Part shown: positions 1 to 14,500 of the stretch, piece by piece | Position numbering within the stretch: the first letter of the stretch is position 1 | How the letters are laid out: every line of letters starts with the position of its first letter | From: Catajapyx aquilonaris | Lineage: Eukaryota | Direction: 5' to 3' | Assembly: GCA_000934665.2 (NCBI GenBank) | Contig: JYFJ02001496.1 | Span: 1 to 64,000, forward strand | DNA: 64,000 nucleotides | Notes under the pieces: generated by a model | Databases searched by the model: none | Told to the model about the DNA's origin: nothing | What the model saw: the letters and a program-made list of their open reading frames with translations, nothing else | Made by a program: the position numbers and the translations under genes

Positions 1-540
1 AGATGAGGCAGGAGACGCAGCAGGAAGAAGCCCCCAGCCCTCCCGGCAACGAGGAACCTCCTAGACGCCCGACTGACTTAGACCTGACCAAGAGGAGCGT
101 CCGTAGTCGCCAGCCGTAAGTGTACATTTACAGTGTCCGGGCAGAGTGGCGCACTATCATTTTCTCATGATTTTCGTAGGCATCCGGACCCTGACTCCAT
201 AGAAGAGCTTCCGCCCCCACTGGAAACACCCTCTGCCATACCCAACATAGCTATGGTCATAGACCCGACATACTCGCGCCGTCACCACCCGCACCATCAT
301 CAACGCCCTCCTCTGGACACTGCCTTCGAGCAACCCCAGGCCAGTCCTGAACCAGGTTCGGAGGTGACCAGTCCGGCCTACTCGCTCCCACCACCCGAGC
401 TGTACTTGGAAGATGGCGAGGAGGAAGACGACGCCCCAGTCCCTCCTTACATGCCGATTCAAGGCCAGCGGCGCATGTCCACAACGCCCGAGAAAAAAAG
501 CAAGCCAAAGAAGGGCAAAGATGGCTGCAAAACTCAGTAA
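1..540 (+). CDS. 3' end (last two exons) of an unidentified gene; Pro/acidic low-complexity C-terminus ending in a polybasic + CaaX-like motif
   Basis: An open frame from position 3 (MRQETQQEEAPSPPGNEEPPRRPTDLDLTKRSVRSRQP) ends at donor GTAAGT (116). The 64-nt intron ends TTTTCGTAG (179), and the phase-2 join into exon 180-540 reads HPDPDS...KKSKPKKGKDGCKTQ*. The gene probably begins upstream of the window. Confidence 0.8.
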
Positions 541-2596
541 AAAACAACAACAAGCAATCGACACTGTGATTTAAATCCACTGCCATATAACAAGGGATCA
601 TTTAATATATGAAGATACATAAGAGTGGCAGCTGTTAGCTTTATATCGTCTTCCTGAGCTATAATACTGGTGTGGGTTCCTTTCTTTTGTACGCTTTTTT
701 TTCCAATGCATTCCAGAGATATTTATACCCTGTAATTACAACATGTCCAGCGTGGTGCTATTGTGATAACAGATAATACTATACAGCTTGTCGCTTTTTG
801 TGCGAGGTCCACATATCACGAAACCCAGTGCCTTTTTTTTCGGGTTGGATTTATTATGAAATAATACTCGTCCATCTTTGGCCTTTCCCCGAGGAAGAGA
901 CTCTCTAACTGACCTCTCTTTTTTTTATAAATTTAACTAGTAGGAATATTTTTTGAGTTGAGAGCGTAGTGCATGTTACTTTTGTTTTTCAAATTTGGGC
1001 AAATCATTGGGAAAATGAGAACACACCTGAAAAACATGCACATGCTCAACGTGGTTAAGTGTCTAGTCCCACATAATAAAAATTTCCATTACAACAAAAT
1101 TTTCACTCGTGTATATCTATGTAAACGATGTTCCTGCTTCTATGCAAGCTTTTTTGTACTACATTTAATAAAAATTGTATTTAAAAAAAACGTGTGGAGT
1201 GTTTTTACCCGGCTGATTGGTTGTATGGAACATTGGGTGAAATTTACGTCCCACTGCTAACGTAGCAGTAACTATCAGTGGGACGAAAATTCGGCCCAAT
1301 GAAAATATCACGTCGACACGTAATCTTGGAAGGTGGAAGGTGCAATGAAAAGTGGCCAAGTAACATTGAAGCTTTTACTCTTCTCAGTAAGCAATACAAA
1401 AAAACAATAATTATTATTGTCCCCTATGGAAATACAAAAGCATTCTTGTATAGTTTGTATATGAATCCCTATCAATTAAGTGCATCCTGTACAGTTCTTA
1501 CTGCAAAAGATGTGCAGGTGTGTGAAATATGACGTAGCTACAACTCCCCACTGTCAAATCGTATTCTCTCCTATCAGTTGCAAAATAGAGCTACGTTATA
1601 GCTTCTCCGTACTCCGTTTACAAGCAAACTAAAAAACAATACAAAAATTACACAGCGGGAAAAAAAAAGAAGAAATTGTTGGGATGTGCAATCGGCAACT
1701 GAGATTTTCCATTTTTGCTATTGACTTGTAGGGAATGACTTGTCGTCCGTTTATACTGGCAAAAAAACACATGACGTTAACAACTATGAACCGGGTTTTT
1801 CTGAACCGCAATGAAAAAGTGTAGTTGAGCTTGGATGTCAAGATCCAAAAAAGAAAAAACAGTCTCAAAACGGCTTCCAAAAAATGTTCACCTCGTGCTT
1901 GGTCCCAATGGACTTTTTCTCTTTTTTTTAAAGTCTTTTGCATGCACCTTTTCTCAGTAGGGGAGGGGTGGGGGGGGGTGCGCACCATTCAAAAACATCT
2001 AAATGGAAAAATTCACCAAAGGCACATAAATGGCAGTATTTGTTTTCCTCCGCTCCTGCTATTCTCTCTCAAATTTTTTTTTTCTTCTTTCGTCTTTTTC
2101 TCACCAAGCCCTCCATTTGTTATCATTTTTCTTAACATCCTTACCCACTACATAACACTTCTTTTTAAACGCAAAACCCCAAATTGTCATACTGAATATT
2201 GTTTTTCATCGTAACGTAAGTTGCCTAGTCGTGCTTTAAATGCAAACTATTTACATGAAATATTTTAAGTGGGTAGGACCACAAACCAAAATAATTATGA
2301 TAATAGCGAAGAAAACTAAATCAATAGTAACTTTTTTTTTCTGTTTGCAATCAATGCATTAGAGATCTGGATTTTTAATAATTATAATAAGTCAGATGCG
2401 AACAAAAAAAGAGAATACCTTTGGTCCTAAAAACTGAGGTAAAAAAAAAACGTGGGAAGGACTAGACTCACAAGGTCTGGACATATGTACACACACAAAA
2501 AAGTATAAATAGCGAACATTTGTTTCTGTCGTATGTTTCGCGGGGGTGGGAAAAATTAAGGCACTTAAAAAACCCCGCCTCTGTTTAAGTCCCACG

Positions 2597-5500
2597 TTAG
2601 CTCTTCTGCTTCTCTGAATGTTTTTTCCGAGACTTCACCTTCCTTTTCTTCCTGTACATAACTGCAAGGGGTGTGTCTGAATCTGACGAGTCCTCGTCTT
2701 TGGGAACGGGCTGGGGTTTCCTCTTCTTCTTCCGCTTCTTGTGGGACTCTTCATCTGACTGCGACCCATCCATGCTCTCCTGATGGCGCCTCCAGGCAGC
2801 TGCCGTTCCCGTGACGTAGTCCTTGCAAAACTGCTTGGTGTGCTTCCACAGCCCTGATGATGACTTATACACCTTACCGCAATCGTGACACGTATGCCTC
2901 CCTTCTTTTTCAGCCAACTCCTTGAACCAGTTGCTAGTCGCCTCGGCATCCAGGGAGTTCGAGTCCAGGTCTTGCTTCGGCTCCTTCTTTGGCTCTGACT
3001 CCATCTCTGGCTCTGATTTTACCTGTGACTCAGTCTCAGCTTTGGGCTCTGGCTCTGGCTGAGACTCAACTTCTGGTTGAGAATCGGCTTCATGCTGTGG
3101 GTCAGCGGATGGTTCTGTCTCCTGCTCTGCGTCTGACTTGGTTGTTGATTCCAACTCAGTTTCTGACATGGCCTTCGATTCAGGTTTGGGAGAGGTTTCC
3201 TTATGACGTGTGGAGTGAAGCGACAGTGGCAGGGAGCTGTCGTCGTCATCAAACTCGTACACATCAAATGCAATGGGTGAAAACTTCGAAGGGCTTGCCT
3301 CCGGAGTGGTTCGGTTGCGAGACACTAGCCTTGGTTTTGGCTTTGGGGTAATCTCAGATGAGGGGCTGGTCTTGGGTGTTGCCCCTGCCGTCTTTGTCTC
3401 TGGATTTGGTTTGGCCTTCACCTGAGCAAGCGGTTTCGTCTTCGTATCTGACGGTGGCTTATTCACGTCCAAAATAGGTTTTGGTGCAAGTTCTGGAGGC
3501 GTTTTTGTTGCAGGCTCTGAGAAGATCTTTGCCCTTGCCTCCATTATTAATTTGGTCTTTGCTTCCATGAGTGACTTGATCTCCAACGCTGGTTTCATAA
3601 CTTCACATGAGTCTTTCTTGGTCTTCTTCGCAGCATCTGACGTCAGCTCTTGAGACGTCTCTTGAGTTGCCCTGAGTAATTCAGAAGCAGTCTTCTTGTT
3701 CCCTGCCTCCAGAGAGGCTTCCTGTAGGGACTCCGGTGCTTCCCGAGAAGCCTCCGGTGAATCCCAGAGTGCCTCAATCTCAGCCTTGATGGATGGTACT
3801 TTAGGTTTCTTCACAGCCTTCTTCTTCGCAGCATCCTTCTTCCCTGGTTTCTTCACCTTGCCTTCACACTTCACCTTTGCTTTCATCTTCTTCAGCTGAT
3901 TCCGCCACGGTTCCAGCTGATCCACCTCCCCCGCCTTCCTGCTGGGCCTCCTCATGGTGGACAGGTTTAGTTCACGGAGTGCTGCCTCTGCCATTGCCCT
4001 TACTGAAAGGTCGGACACTGCAGTAGGTCTGGAAACTTGGCGGTCGTCATTCTCCCCTTGGAGGATGGCCCTCAGCTGCGACTGGCCCGATGTGCTGTCA
4101 GCAACAGATTCAGTGTCTCCTTCCAAGCTGGTTGAGGATGGAGCTGGTGAGGGATCCCTAGAGGCGCTTCGGCTGCTCTGGAGACTGGTGCATATGGATG
4201 GTGTTGGAGGCAAAGCAGCACTCGGGACGGAGGGGACATGCTCCAGATTCATGTGTCGCAGCACCTGGTGGGGCGTGTAGAAGCTGATTCCACACTCAGA
4301 GCAGAGGAAATTGCCCTCACTATCAGTGTCACTGCCACAGTCAGAGTCGGTGTCTGCGTGGCAAGCTGGAATGAACAAACGTGAAACAATAAGCACATTA
4401 TTTTTACACATCACCAGCATGTTCACGATTTTGAAAGGGCCAGTGCACTTCAAATATTTAAAATGGGTACATACGTTCTACATTAGAGATGAGGTAGGAC
4501 TTTTCCACCATGACAGGTTGTGCGGTGTGCATGCCCCTCATAAAACTGAAGTGGCAAAAGCCATCCCGCACATGCATGTCCGACTCCCACTCCCTGAAAA
4601 GTTTCAAATGAATAGTTAATCCACAATATTATTGTGTGACGCAAAGGCTGTCATTGCCAACAATCAACTCACTTGTGCTTTGTACGCGCATGCTTGAGGA
4701 GAGACAGGTCGGTGGCGTACTTCTCATCGCAGAGTGCACACTGCATGGCCCCACCCATTGATCCTTCCACATAAACGCCTGAAATATTACACGGTCAAAT
4801 TAGTTCACCTAATTAAGCACCATTACATTAATGAATCAGATCATGTAATATTTCTCAGTCTAACGTATCTAAATTCTGCAACTTCTACGCTCATACCTTG
4901 AAACGGTGTGACAGCTGGATCCTTGCTGTCTTTTGCAGCTTCATTCAAAAATGTCTGGAAGATGTCCATGCTCTCCTTCTTGAAGACCTTTCCAACTCCT
5001 AATCAGGGTAAAGTGTCATTTGGGCCATCCGAATATCAACCTTGCTTAACTCACCTGAAATGCTAGCCAAATTGGGACTCGCAGTGGCATTCCTAGGCAT
5101 AGTATTGGGTTTGTTATAAAGTGCTGGAGCCTGGAACTGAACTCTCTCACGGTGAGCCAGTGCAATGTGTCTGTTGCGTGAACTGATCTTCACAAACCTG
5201 CAATTGAAAACCAAAATTTGCAATCACAGGAGTTCCGACATTCACTGAGGAACTTATCGTCATGGAGCAACTGACTCGACTGCTGTAACAATTTCTATGA
5301 CCCACGAAACGCAACAACTTCAATTGGATTCAAGATCAACGCATACATTTATGAGGCACTAGAAGCAAGGAGTACTGACCGGTCACAGCAAATGGGGCAA
5401 ATAAAAGCCCGCTGGTCGTATGGGACCTCCCACATGCTGTCTTTCTTCTTTCTCTCAATCTCATTCTCAATGCTCTTCTCTGCTTGGTCTTGGTCTGCCG

Positions 5501-8500
5501 AAGTGGGCTCAGGCGCAGCGAAAGTCTTGGCCAGAACCCGAGGTATGTCAGCTTTGGTCAGTATGTTAAGCTTTGGAAAGGTCAGCCCCATGCTGATGGT
5601 GTCCTTCTGGCCGCGTCCTCCCCCTTCCTTCTTTCCCTTGTCCAGGATGCTGTTCAGGGCTCGCTGGAGAAGTCCGCCAAGGGCATTGGACATCTGGCTT
5701 TTCAGACTGTCATCTTCCGCTTCACAACCTTTCTTCAGATGTTCACGGGTGATGTGCTGACCCAGGGATATGGCATCCGTATACAGCTCTCTGCACACAA
5801 AACACACTGCTTGACGCTTCAGGGGAGCGCCCACGCCCTCTTTGCTCACATTGGGTCCTGTAACTAAACATAATTGATGTAGAATCTCGCACAGCCTCAA
5901 CATATTCTTTATTTTTACCCCGTGATAGAGCCATTGGCTCTCTTAGGGGGGGAGTTCATCCCATTTTTTTTTTGTCAGGAACTCTTTGCTTTTTACTTTT
6001 TGCTTCGCTTTTTAGGAAGGGATAGGGATGGAAGGAAGCGGCTGTGGCCTGTTCACAGCCTCAACATATTACAATGCACATGAGTTGAACCGCTTCTTAG
6101 AGGCCAACTGCAACAAAACCTTTCCTCACCTTCTTTTGGTTTGTCCACAGACACATCGTCCTTGCTCTTGTGGAACTTGTTGATGTGCTGCTCCAGTGCC
6201 TCCAGCCCCAGGAACCTCCTGCCGCAAGTGGGACACACCATCTCGGTCTTCCCGTACACTGCCCTCATGCCTCCTCCACTTTCAGCAACCGGACTGCTCG
6301 ATTTTCCCTGGCCCAGAAGTTCCATCAGGTCAGTCTTGTGAATGTACCTCATCCGATGGGGCTTGGCATTTTTCAGCCACTTGGGAGTCGGCTCCTCCAC
6401 CTTAAGTGGCAGTTCCACTTCCGCCACCTCCTCTTCCTCCTCCTCTTCTCCCTCCCCTTCCTCCTCTTCCTCCCCGTCCTCATCCACTGCTTCCTTGGCA
6501 CCAGTTTTCTTCGGTGGAGGATACGGGTTGTCTAGGTCAAGGAGATCAGGGTTCTCCATTGGCTGGAGACTACCTTCACTCTCCTTGTTGTCATACACAA
6601 AGTCCTTGGCAGTGTAGTTTCCAGCAGCACCCAACTCTCCCAGTTGCTGGAGCATGTTCATCTCATCACTTGTGGCTCCCATGGCTTCTTGCAGCTCCGA
6701 GAGTGACTGTGGGTCAAATGGAGAGTAGATGAAGTAGTTTCCCAGTTCGGCTCGTTCGGATGCCTGTTCCAAAGGAGTCGGGGCTTCATCCTGGAGGACT
6801 TGATTCACGCTTCCGAGGATGCATCCAAGGCTTGTCTCAGGGGTTGGGTTCTCATAAGACGGCTCACCCCAGTTGGGCCACGTTGGATCAGCACCAGTTG
6901 GGGTTGACCATGGAGAGACAGCAACACATCCAGGTGGATTTGGAGGGAAGCCACCATCTGCTGGGTTGTTGGGCAGCTCATTGGGATGGTATGGATATAA
7001 GTCAGGTTTTTCCTGGGAAGCATCTTGCAATGTGTCAGGCGCTTCTGCCAATTTGGATGTGGTCTTTACATGCACCCCTTCTGCAACCTTTTCAGGGAGT
7101 ATTTCAGGCACACTTTCAGGTAAAGTGTCTGGCGTTTTTTCACACCCCTGTGCCCCCTTGCGCACATAGTCACCCATTAGGTTCTTCAGTTCACGCCTGA
7201 GGCGTCTTGGAGACTTCTCACGCTTCTTCTTTGCTTCACCCAACTCCTCACTGGACATCCGCTTAAGTGCCCCACTCTGCAGATCTGACTTCCGCTGCAT
7301 CAATGGTATGTCCTCGATATCTGCCTCGCCATCTGCATCCATGCTTTGCTCTGCATCTTTCGAGTCACCTGATGCATCCTCGTCCTGCATGGCACTCATC
7401 AGCTTGGCCAATGGGCAACCAATGCTCAAGTGCTTTATCAGATTCTTTTCATCACTGAACTCACACTCACAGTGAGGGCACATTGTGTCAGTGGTTGCTC
7501 CAGATACGTCTGGTACAGTTTCAGGCTCGTCCTTTGGCAATACCTCATCATCCTCTGGTCCATCCCAGCTACGTATGAAGTCACTAATTGCCTCAATAGT
7601 CTCAGGCTCGGGCTCCCCGTTGGTTGGTGCTTTTTTGCTTAGGTCATCTTGTTCCCCTTCATCACCACTGTCAATGATTTCTTCCTTCACCACTGGCACC
7701 GCAGTGTTTGCCAGTGCGCGCTTCTTAGAAATTCTGCTCTTCTTGTTCTTCCACCAGCCCTTCTTACCTTTCGTCTTCTTATACTTCCTCAATGTAGAAA
7801 CCGCAGCCTTCTTCTTTCCACCCTTCACTTTTTTGGCAGCTGTTGGGACATGCTTGTTCGTGATTACAGAATGAGATTTTACAATGGCTGAATCAGACGC
7901 TGTTCCATCTTCTGCAGCAGGTTGAATGTCAGACCCAGAAGGCAAGTCCAAATCTGAATGCACAGCATCCATATTAGTGTCTGGCTTGTCGACATTGGCA
8001 ACTTCAGTGTCCTTTGAGGTACTGTAATTGTCAACAATAGCACCACCGGAAGTGTCCAAATTGGCAGCTGTTCCATCCAAAGTAGTACCCACAGTGTCCA
8101 AACTATCAGTTGGAACTGAATTAGTATCACATGCATCCACCGTGGCAGGAGAAGCACCCAAATTAGCATCCTGGACACCAAGTGCTATGGAAGAAGGGTC
8201 CGCATCAGCAGCTGGAACACCCAAATCAGCAGGTACATTGTCCAAATTAGAAGAGTCACCATCAACAAGCAAGGTGTCCCGTTTGGCAGCTTGCTTTCTG
8301 GCTCCCTTTTTTGATGCTTTCTTCTTCTTTTTGACAGGCACTGGTTTGGACATAACTTCGTCCAATGATGCCATATCAGCATTCAGTGCTGCAGATGCTG
8401 AAGCCTTCTTTCTCTTGGCCACCATCGCCAACGGCACCTCATCCAAAGGCCTTAATGCATCATCTTTTTCCTGACTCTTCTTTTTACTGTCAGGCGCTTC

Positions 8501-11500
8501 ATCCAATTGGACAGCAACATTGCCCAGGGCAGCTTTCTTAACAGCCTTCTTCGTCTTCTTACCTGACGGTGCCTTACGGGGTGACTCTTCTAATGCACGC
8601 CTAATAGTCTCCTCATCTAGACCTCCCTTGTTCCCTGGGCCCTTTTTCTTTTTCTTGGTGGAAGTTTGCTGCAGTGGCACTTCTTCTAATGGCATGGGCA
8701 CATCGTTTGTAACTGCCGTCTTCACTGGGTTCTTTTTCTTCTTCCTCTTGACAGGCACAGGCTCTGATGATGCCTCATCCAATGGAATGTTAGCCTCAGC
8801 CAGCACATCTGTTCCGTCTAATCCCTTCTCCTCTTCGGCCACAGACTGCGATGATGCCTCATCCATAGGAATAGAATCATCATCGCCAAGATCCGCTTCT
8901 TCTGTCACTACCATCGCCTTTCCCTTTGCCACTTTCTTCCCTGCATGTTTCCTCTTCCCTGTCTTTCCCCCAGTGTTGCCTTTCTTCCATTTGCTCCTCT
9001 TCTTCATCACCTTGTGCTTCTTCACACCTTTCTTTACCTCTACCACTGCCTCAGTCTTGGGCCCCTGCTCTGCATCAGCTACCTTCCCTTGCTCCAAGGC
9101 CAGTGCCAAAGCCGCAGCAGCAATTTCGTTCTCAGGAGACAGGACAGGAATCTCTGCCAGACTTTCTTTAGTCTTACGAGGCATCCTCACCTTTAGGAAA
9201 AGTAACAATGCATGGTAAAAAACACTTGCAAACAAATACATTGTGCATTCTACGCAAAAGAAATCAATTTCTTTAAGATTTCAACACCGGAGTGTCTCAC
9301 CGATGCAAGAAGTTTCAGTTATGGCAATAATATGCTCACCTTCAGAACAGGCAGTTCCTTCTGCAACTTGGGCATGTCAGCTGGCGCAATGGCCCCCTTC
9401 TTTGCTTCCTTCCCCTTTCCACATGCACTCACATGTGTGTGCAGGCGTGTCAGGTACGTGAAGCGCCTTTCACAGAATGGGCAATTGTGGCTCGCCTTCT
9501 CCTTCTCCGCAGTGGCAGCTTGCACCTTGAAACCGTTGCTCTCCTTCAGTTTCTTAATGTACTTGCACTTTTTGCCATGGCGATGGTAAGCAGACTTTGT
9601 CTCCAACTGTACCCCACATCCTTGGCAAACAAGCTGGAAGCTGTTATCTTGTGAAGCTTCTTCAGGTACTGTATCGTCAGGCACAGGGTCTGGTATTGGG
9701 GTTGCTGCCTTCTTCCGCTTGACTGGAGGCGCAGCAACTGTTGCCACAACAGGCTCCAACTTGCGCTTAATTATTTTGATCTTGTTCAGCCCTTGCTTAG
9801 TCTCAGGAGTGTCTTGTTTTACAAGCACACATTTGAAATGGTTTTTCGTCTTCTTCGACATCTTCCCCTTGCTCACCTGCATAATGATAGCAATTTCACT
9901 AATCACAATTCCACTAAAAGAAGGGTGAATGAGGATTGACATATTAGGACATCAAAGAAACTAAGGTCTTGTGCAACATAAGAGTAAGTGCAATTATTCT
10001 CACCTCCATTATGGTATCCATCACACTGGACATATCAGCTGGCTCAGGTTCTGGCTCTTTCTCCTCAACTACCACTGCCGCTTTGCTTTTCTTTATCTTA
10101 GCTGCATTGACAGCCAGCTTTCCCTGAAACTTGGCCTTGATCTTGTTGAGTGCGACCTGCTTGTTCGCCAAGGCTTTGCTGTTGTGCAGCAGCTTCTCCG
10201 CCGCCATTGTCAGCACCTTTGTCTTGGGGTCCTTCTCCTTGTTGGAGACAAGAGTCGACTTGGCAGGCAGTTTTTTGCCTTGAGCAGGCTCCACAGGAGG
10301 AACCTTTCCTGGCGAGGTCTTTGGGAGTTTTGGTGGCTTCGGCAGCCTCGGAAGAGACACTGACGTAATCTGCAGCAGAAGCAGTAAATCGTCAATCAAA
10401 ACACAGAAGAGACGAGGATAATTGGGGGTAGTGGAGGGAAGCAATGGGCATGAGCAGAAGTAACTAGATCATTCTGGCTAATAGTACCATTTTTTTACAA
10501 AATTCAAGTGTATTTATCAGATGCACAAACCAGAGAGTAAAATCAGTTATATTTGTCATGGTTAAATAACCTGGGATACTGTTACATATGCCTGTTAATA
10601 AGTACGAGAACCCAGCCTCAATTGAAAAATTATTCAATCCATCATTGAAATAATGTTCTTTGCGGCCATTGCCATTTACATTAACTAGGTACTTCCCATA
10701 ATAAATTCATAAACACTAATAGACAACAAGACTGCAGTGATACACCATGCAATAACACGGGGGAAAAAATCAATAAAAGAAATGCAACTTCACAGGGAAT
10801 AACTAACATTTGACTGTAAATCTAAGTAAGAATCATAGAAGAATTTTTAAAATGAAAAGAAAAAACCCAGCAAAACTCTCCACACCCATTAATCTATGGG
10901 ACAAAAACTTGCATATCCTACAAAATTCGTGCTTAAATAAGTGCCAATTCTTTCTAAAAATAACTCCAGAGTGAGCAGCAATGTGAAGGGGAGTAAGACA
11001 TGTGCTTTACTGCAACTGTACCTTGATCCTTTTCCTTAACATGTGATTCTGCGAATAAGAAAAAAAAGTGTCTAAACCTGTTCTTAATTTCACCTGCACC
11101 TCAAGTGGCACTCAGTCAGTCTCAAAAGGAAATGTCACACTGATCCACACAAGTGCAGCTACACTTACACTGTTGATGGTTCCCTGACTCCTCGTTTTGA
11201 TTTCATCATCATTAAACTGGAGGGCACGTCGAGTGGCACGTTTGGCAGGCAAGTTGGCAATGAGCTGCTGGATAGGATCATTCTCTGCAAGAGAAGAATG
11301 CAATACAGTCAATAACATGGGCTACAAAATGAGCCAGTCAATTTAATGACACTTTCATAACCTCACATGGAATTATGATTCAGAGAAGTAACATATGCTG
11401 AACTTACTCTCGTTGGACTTGAGCTTTCTTTTGAACTTTATGGGGCTTCCTGGTATGTTCCGCTTCATGCCCCTTCTTCCCTGATGTCTCCTCCTTCTAC

Positions 11501-14500
11501 TCCCAAATGGTCTCCACTTCTTCTTCTTCATGGGACTGTTCATCCAGGTGTAGTCTCCCCCACACTCCAGCATGTGACGATGCAGCTCCCCAGTGGAATT
11601 GCAACTACGTCCACACTTTGAGCATTTCCCATCCCCGGCCTCCAGGGGCTCCACCTTTCCAATGGCCCCCTGGCTCTCCTTGGAGTAGCAAAACTGCTGG
11701 TAGAGGTCCAAGGGAAGGTCTGACCTAATGTCTTCCACCTCCACGTGATGTGCACACCACACGTTGGGGTGCCCAGCAATCTTGTGCTCTTCCAGGTCCC
11801 ATGGGTCTAGAAAGCTGCTCCCGCACACAGTGCAAATGTATGTGCGAGGCCGGATCCACTCCCCACTCAGTTCCGGCTCTGAGGGTACTTCCTCCTCGCT
11901 TGAAGGCACGGGGGAGGGTGACCCTGTGGAAGGCAGCTCATTCTTCTTCAGGTACAGGCCTTGTGGGAGTCTCGATTCCCATTCCAGTTGCTCTGTGGTG
12001 CCATTTTGCAGCTCCAGAGCAGCTAACTTGTCCATGTTGTGCTGCATTGCCACCTATGCAAGCACGTATTGTAAATCATATCATGAAAGATGATGAGTTA
12101 AAATTCTTTACAAGTAAAAAAATTACTGCAGTTGCCTTTGCAACATTTTAATCATGGCACATGGATTAATTCCATCCTGGCTGTGGACAACACAACCCTC
12201 ACATAAATCAATGGCACGGTTAACAACAATTCAATCCGTACAGTTAGTGCCCTCGATGTTTGTGCTATGAGCATTTTAAAATCAACAACTATGGTGTAAC
12301 ATTGTGTTTCTCCTTGACCTCACTTAATCATCAATGTGCCCAATCAGCTACGTTTATCAAAACTGCAGCCACAAACTTTTCACAATCAAAATGCTTACTA
12401 GGTAATCAACGCCAAACAAATCCAACAAAATGTACACTGGAAGTGATACATATTATCTACTCTTGCAGTCTTCACAATAACTTAGGATAGCTCAGAACTT
12501 ACTTACTTACAATAGACTTACAATAACTTAGAAAAGCCAATGTCTGCTATGGAAGGCAGCAGTTTCAGGTATTATGGCTATGAATTACCAAAGTTAGGCT
12601 ACTTGTTTTGTGCTGACAAAAACAATGGCATAAAATAATCCTAACGCTTTTTGTCAATTACAAACTACTCACTCACAGTCAGTGTGATTACTAAAAATTG
12701 CAAATATGATGCAGTCGTGATTTCCACCTTTCTGTAAGGTCTATTAACAACTCCGATGTGACTGCCATCGAAACTCACATGCAATAAAGGCAATTGAAAT
12801 AATATGTACCTGTGTGGTGATGTCAAGCTGGGACATCTCACTGATCAGATTCCCGTGGGTCTCAAACCTCAAGCAGCTGCTGGGAAAATTGTACTTGGTC
12901 CATGAGAACCTCTTTGGGTGTTCAACCTTGACTCCTCGTTTGGAAGCCTTGCTGCTAGACTGGCTTGCCACCCTCTTCCCGTCCAGGTGGTTCTCCAGGT
13001 TGTCCAACACATTGAGCATGACCTGGTCGTAGAACTGAGTCTCTGGGTCAGGAGGAGTCTGAGGCCTCTTCTCCTCTGGCGGCTTGGAGGGAGGAGGTTT
13101 GGGAGCAGGCAGTTTGGAGGTAGATGGCTTGGAGGCAGGGGATTTGCAGGGAGGAATTTTGGAGGCTGAAGGTTTAGGGGCAGGAGATTTGGAGGCAGGT
13201 GGTTTGGCAGTAGGGGGCTTGGAGGGAGGGGGCTTGGGGCTAGGAGGCTTCAGCAATGGAGCATCAGCAGGGGGTGGCGCAGAGGGAGTAGGGGCAGCTG
13301 AAGCAGCAGCCATGGCAACAGTATCTAGTTTGTTGTGGCTCGGGTGCTTTCCTTTCCGACCTGTCCCATGGGCCAGCCTGTAGTGACGACACATGCTGAC
13401 ATAGCTGGTAAACTGCTTGCTGCACACTGAGCATGAATAGCCCAACTCAGCCTCAACAGTAGGGGTGCTAGGAGCATTTCTGACACTGGCCGTGGCAGAG
13501 GCTTCAGCCACTTCAGTCTTGTCTTCTACCTGTGAAGTGAAAGACATGTTTGTGATGTTACTCTAGCAAACACTGCTAAATTGATGAGACACTCATGAAG
13601 TGATTTTTAAAATACCTGAGGTGTAGATGGGGGTGAAATTTGAGCTTTGGTCTCCTCCACTGGCTCCTCCAGCTGTGGCGGTGGCTGTGGCTCAGGAGGA
13701 GGTTCGGGCAGTTCACACATGTGATGGCAGTCTCTGTGAGCCACGAAGAGGTGCTGCCTCAGCTCCTCAAGAGTCACCCACCCCTCCCGACAATAGGAGC
13801 ATGGATGAAAGGCAGCACTCTCGTGCAAGCGTTCGTGCCTCTTCCGGATTGCAAATGACAGGAATGACTTGTCGCAAAAAAGGCAGAAGAACAGCCGAGC
13901 ACCACCGTGCATCACCTGATGACGAGCCAGGATCTGGCGAGGGACGAAGTGAGTACCACACCGGTCACACACGCACCCAGCTTGTGCTGCATCCAGTGCA
14001 ATAAGATGTGAGCGCAGTTCATCCTTCATATGAAAGGGCATTCGGCAGTTGTAACAGTAATACAAATAGGGAAACAGGATTGACTCGGAGGAGGAGGATG
14101 ACCCTCGGCTGGCTTGCAGTTGTTTCAGGTCGCCTCCTGTCCCAATCTCCTGTGCCTTGAAACCAGGTGACTCCGTTTGACTGTTGATGAGTCGATCACT
14201 GATTACGATGCCACTGTTGGCGATGTCCCGCTCAGTGAGGTACTTGTAGTTGATGTGCACCTTAGAGGTAAAGGTTGGAAAAGTTTCAAATGTTGCTGTG
14301 TCAGCCAGACTACTGGTTGTTCTTAAATAAAGTACGTTCATTCAACATACAACTTATGTGATATATATATACCACTTTATTGTGCCCCACTTGGCACGAT
14401 CATTGTAGGCCATAAAGTTCCCAAAATTATCAATTTTATGCCATCCAAGTGTAATTTCATGGTGAATTAAGTGAACTTGAATGAGGGGATGTGGGTTACT

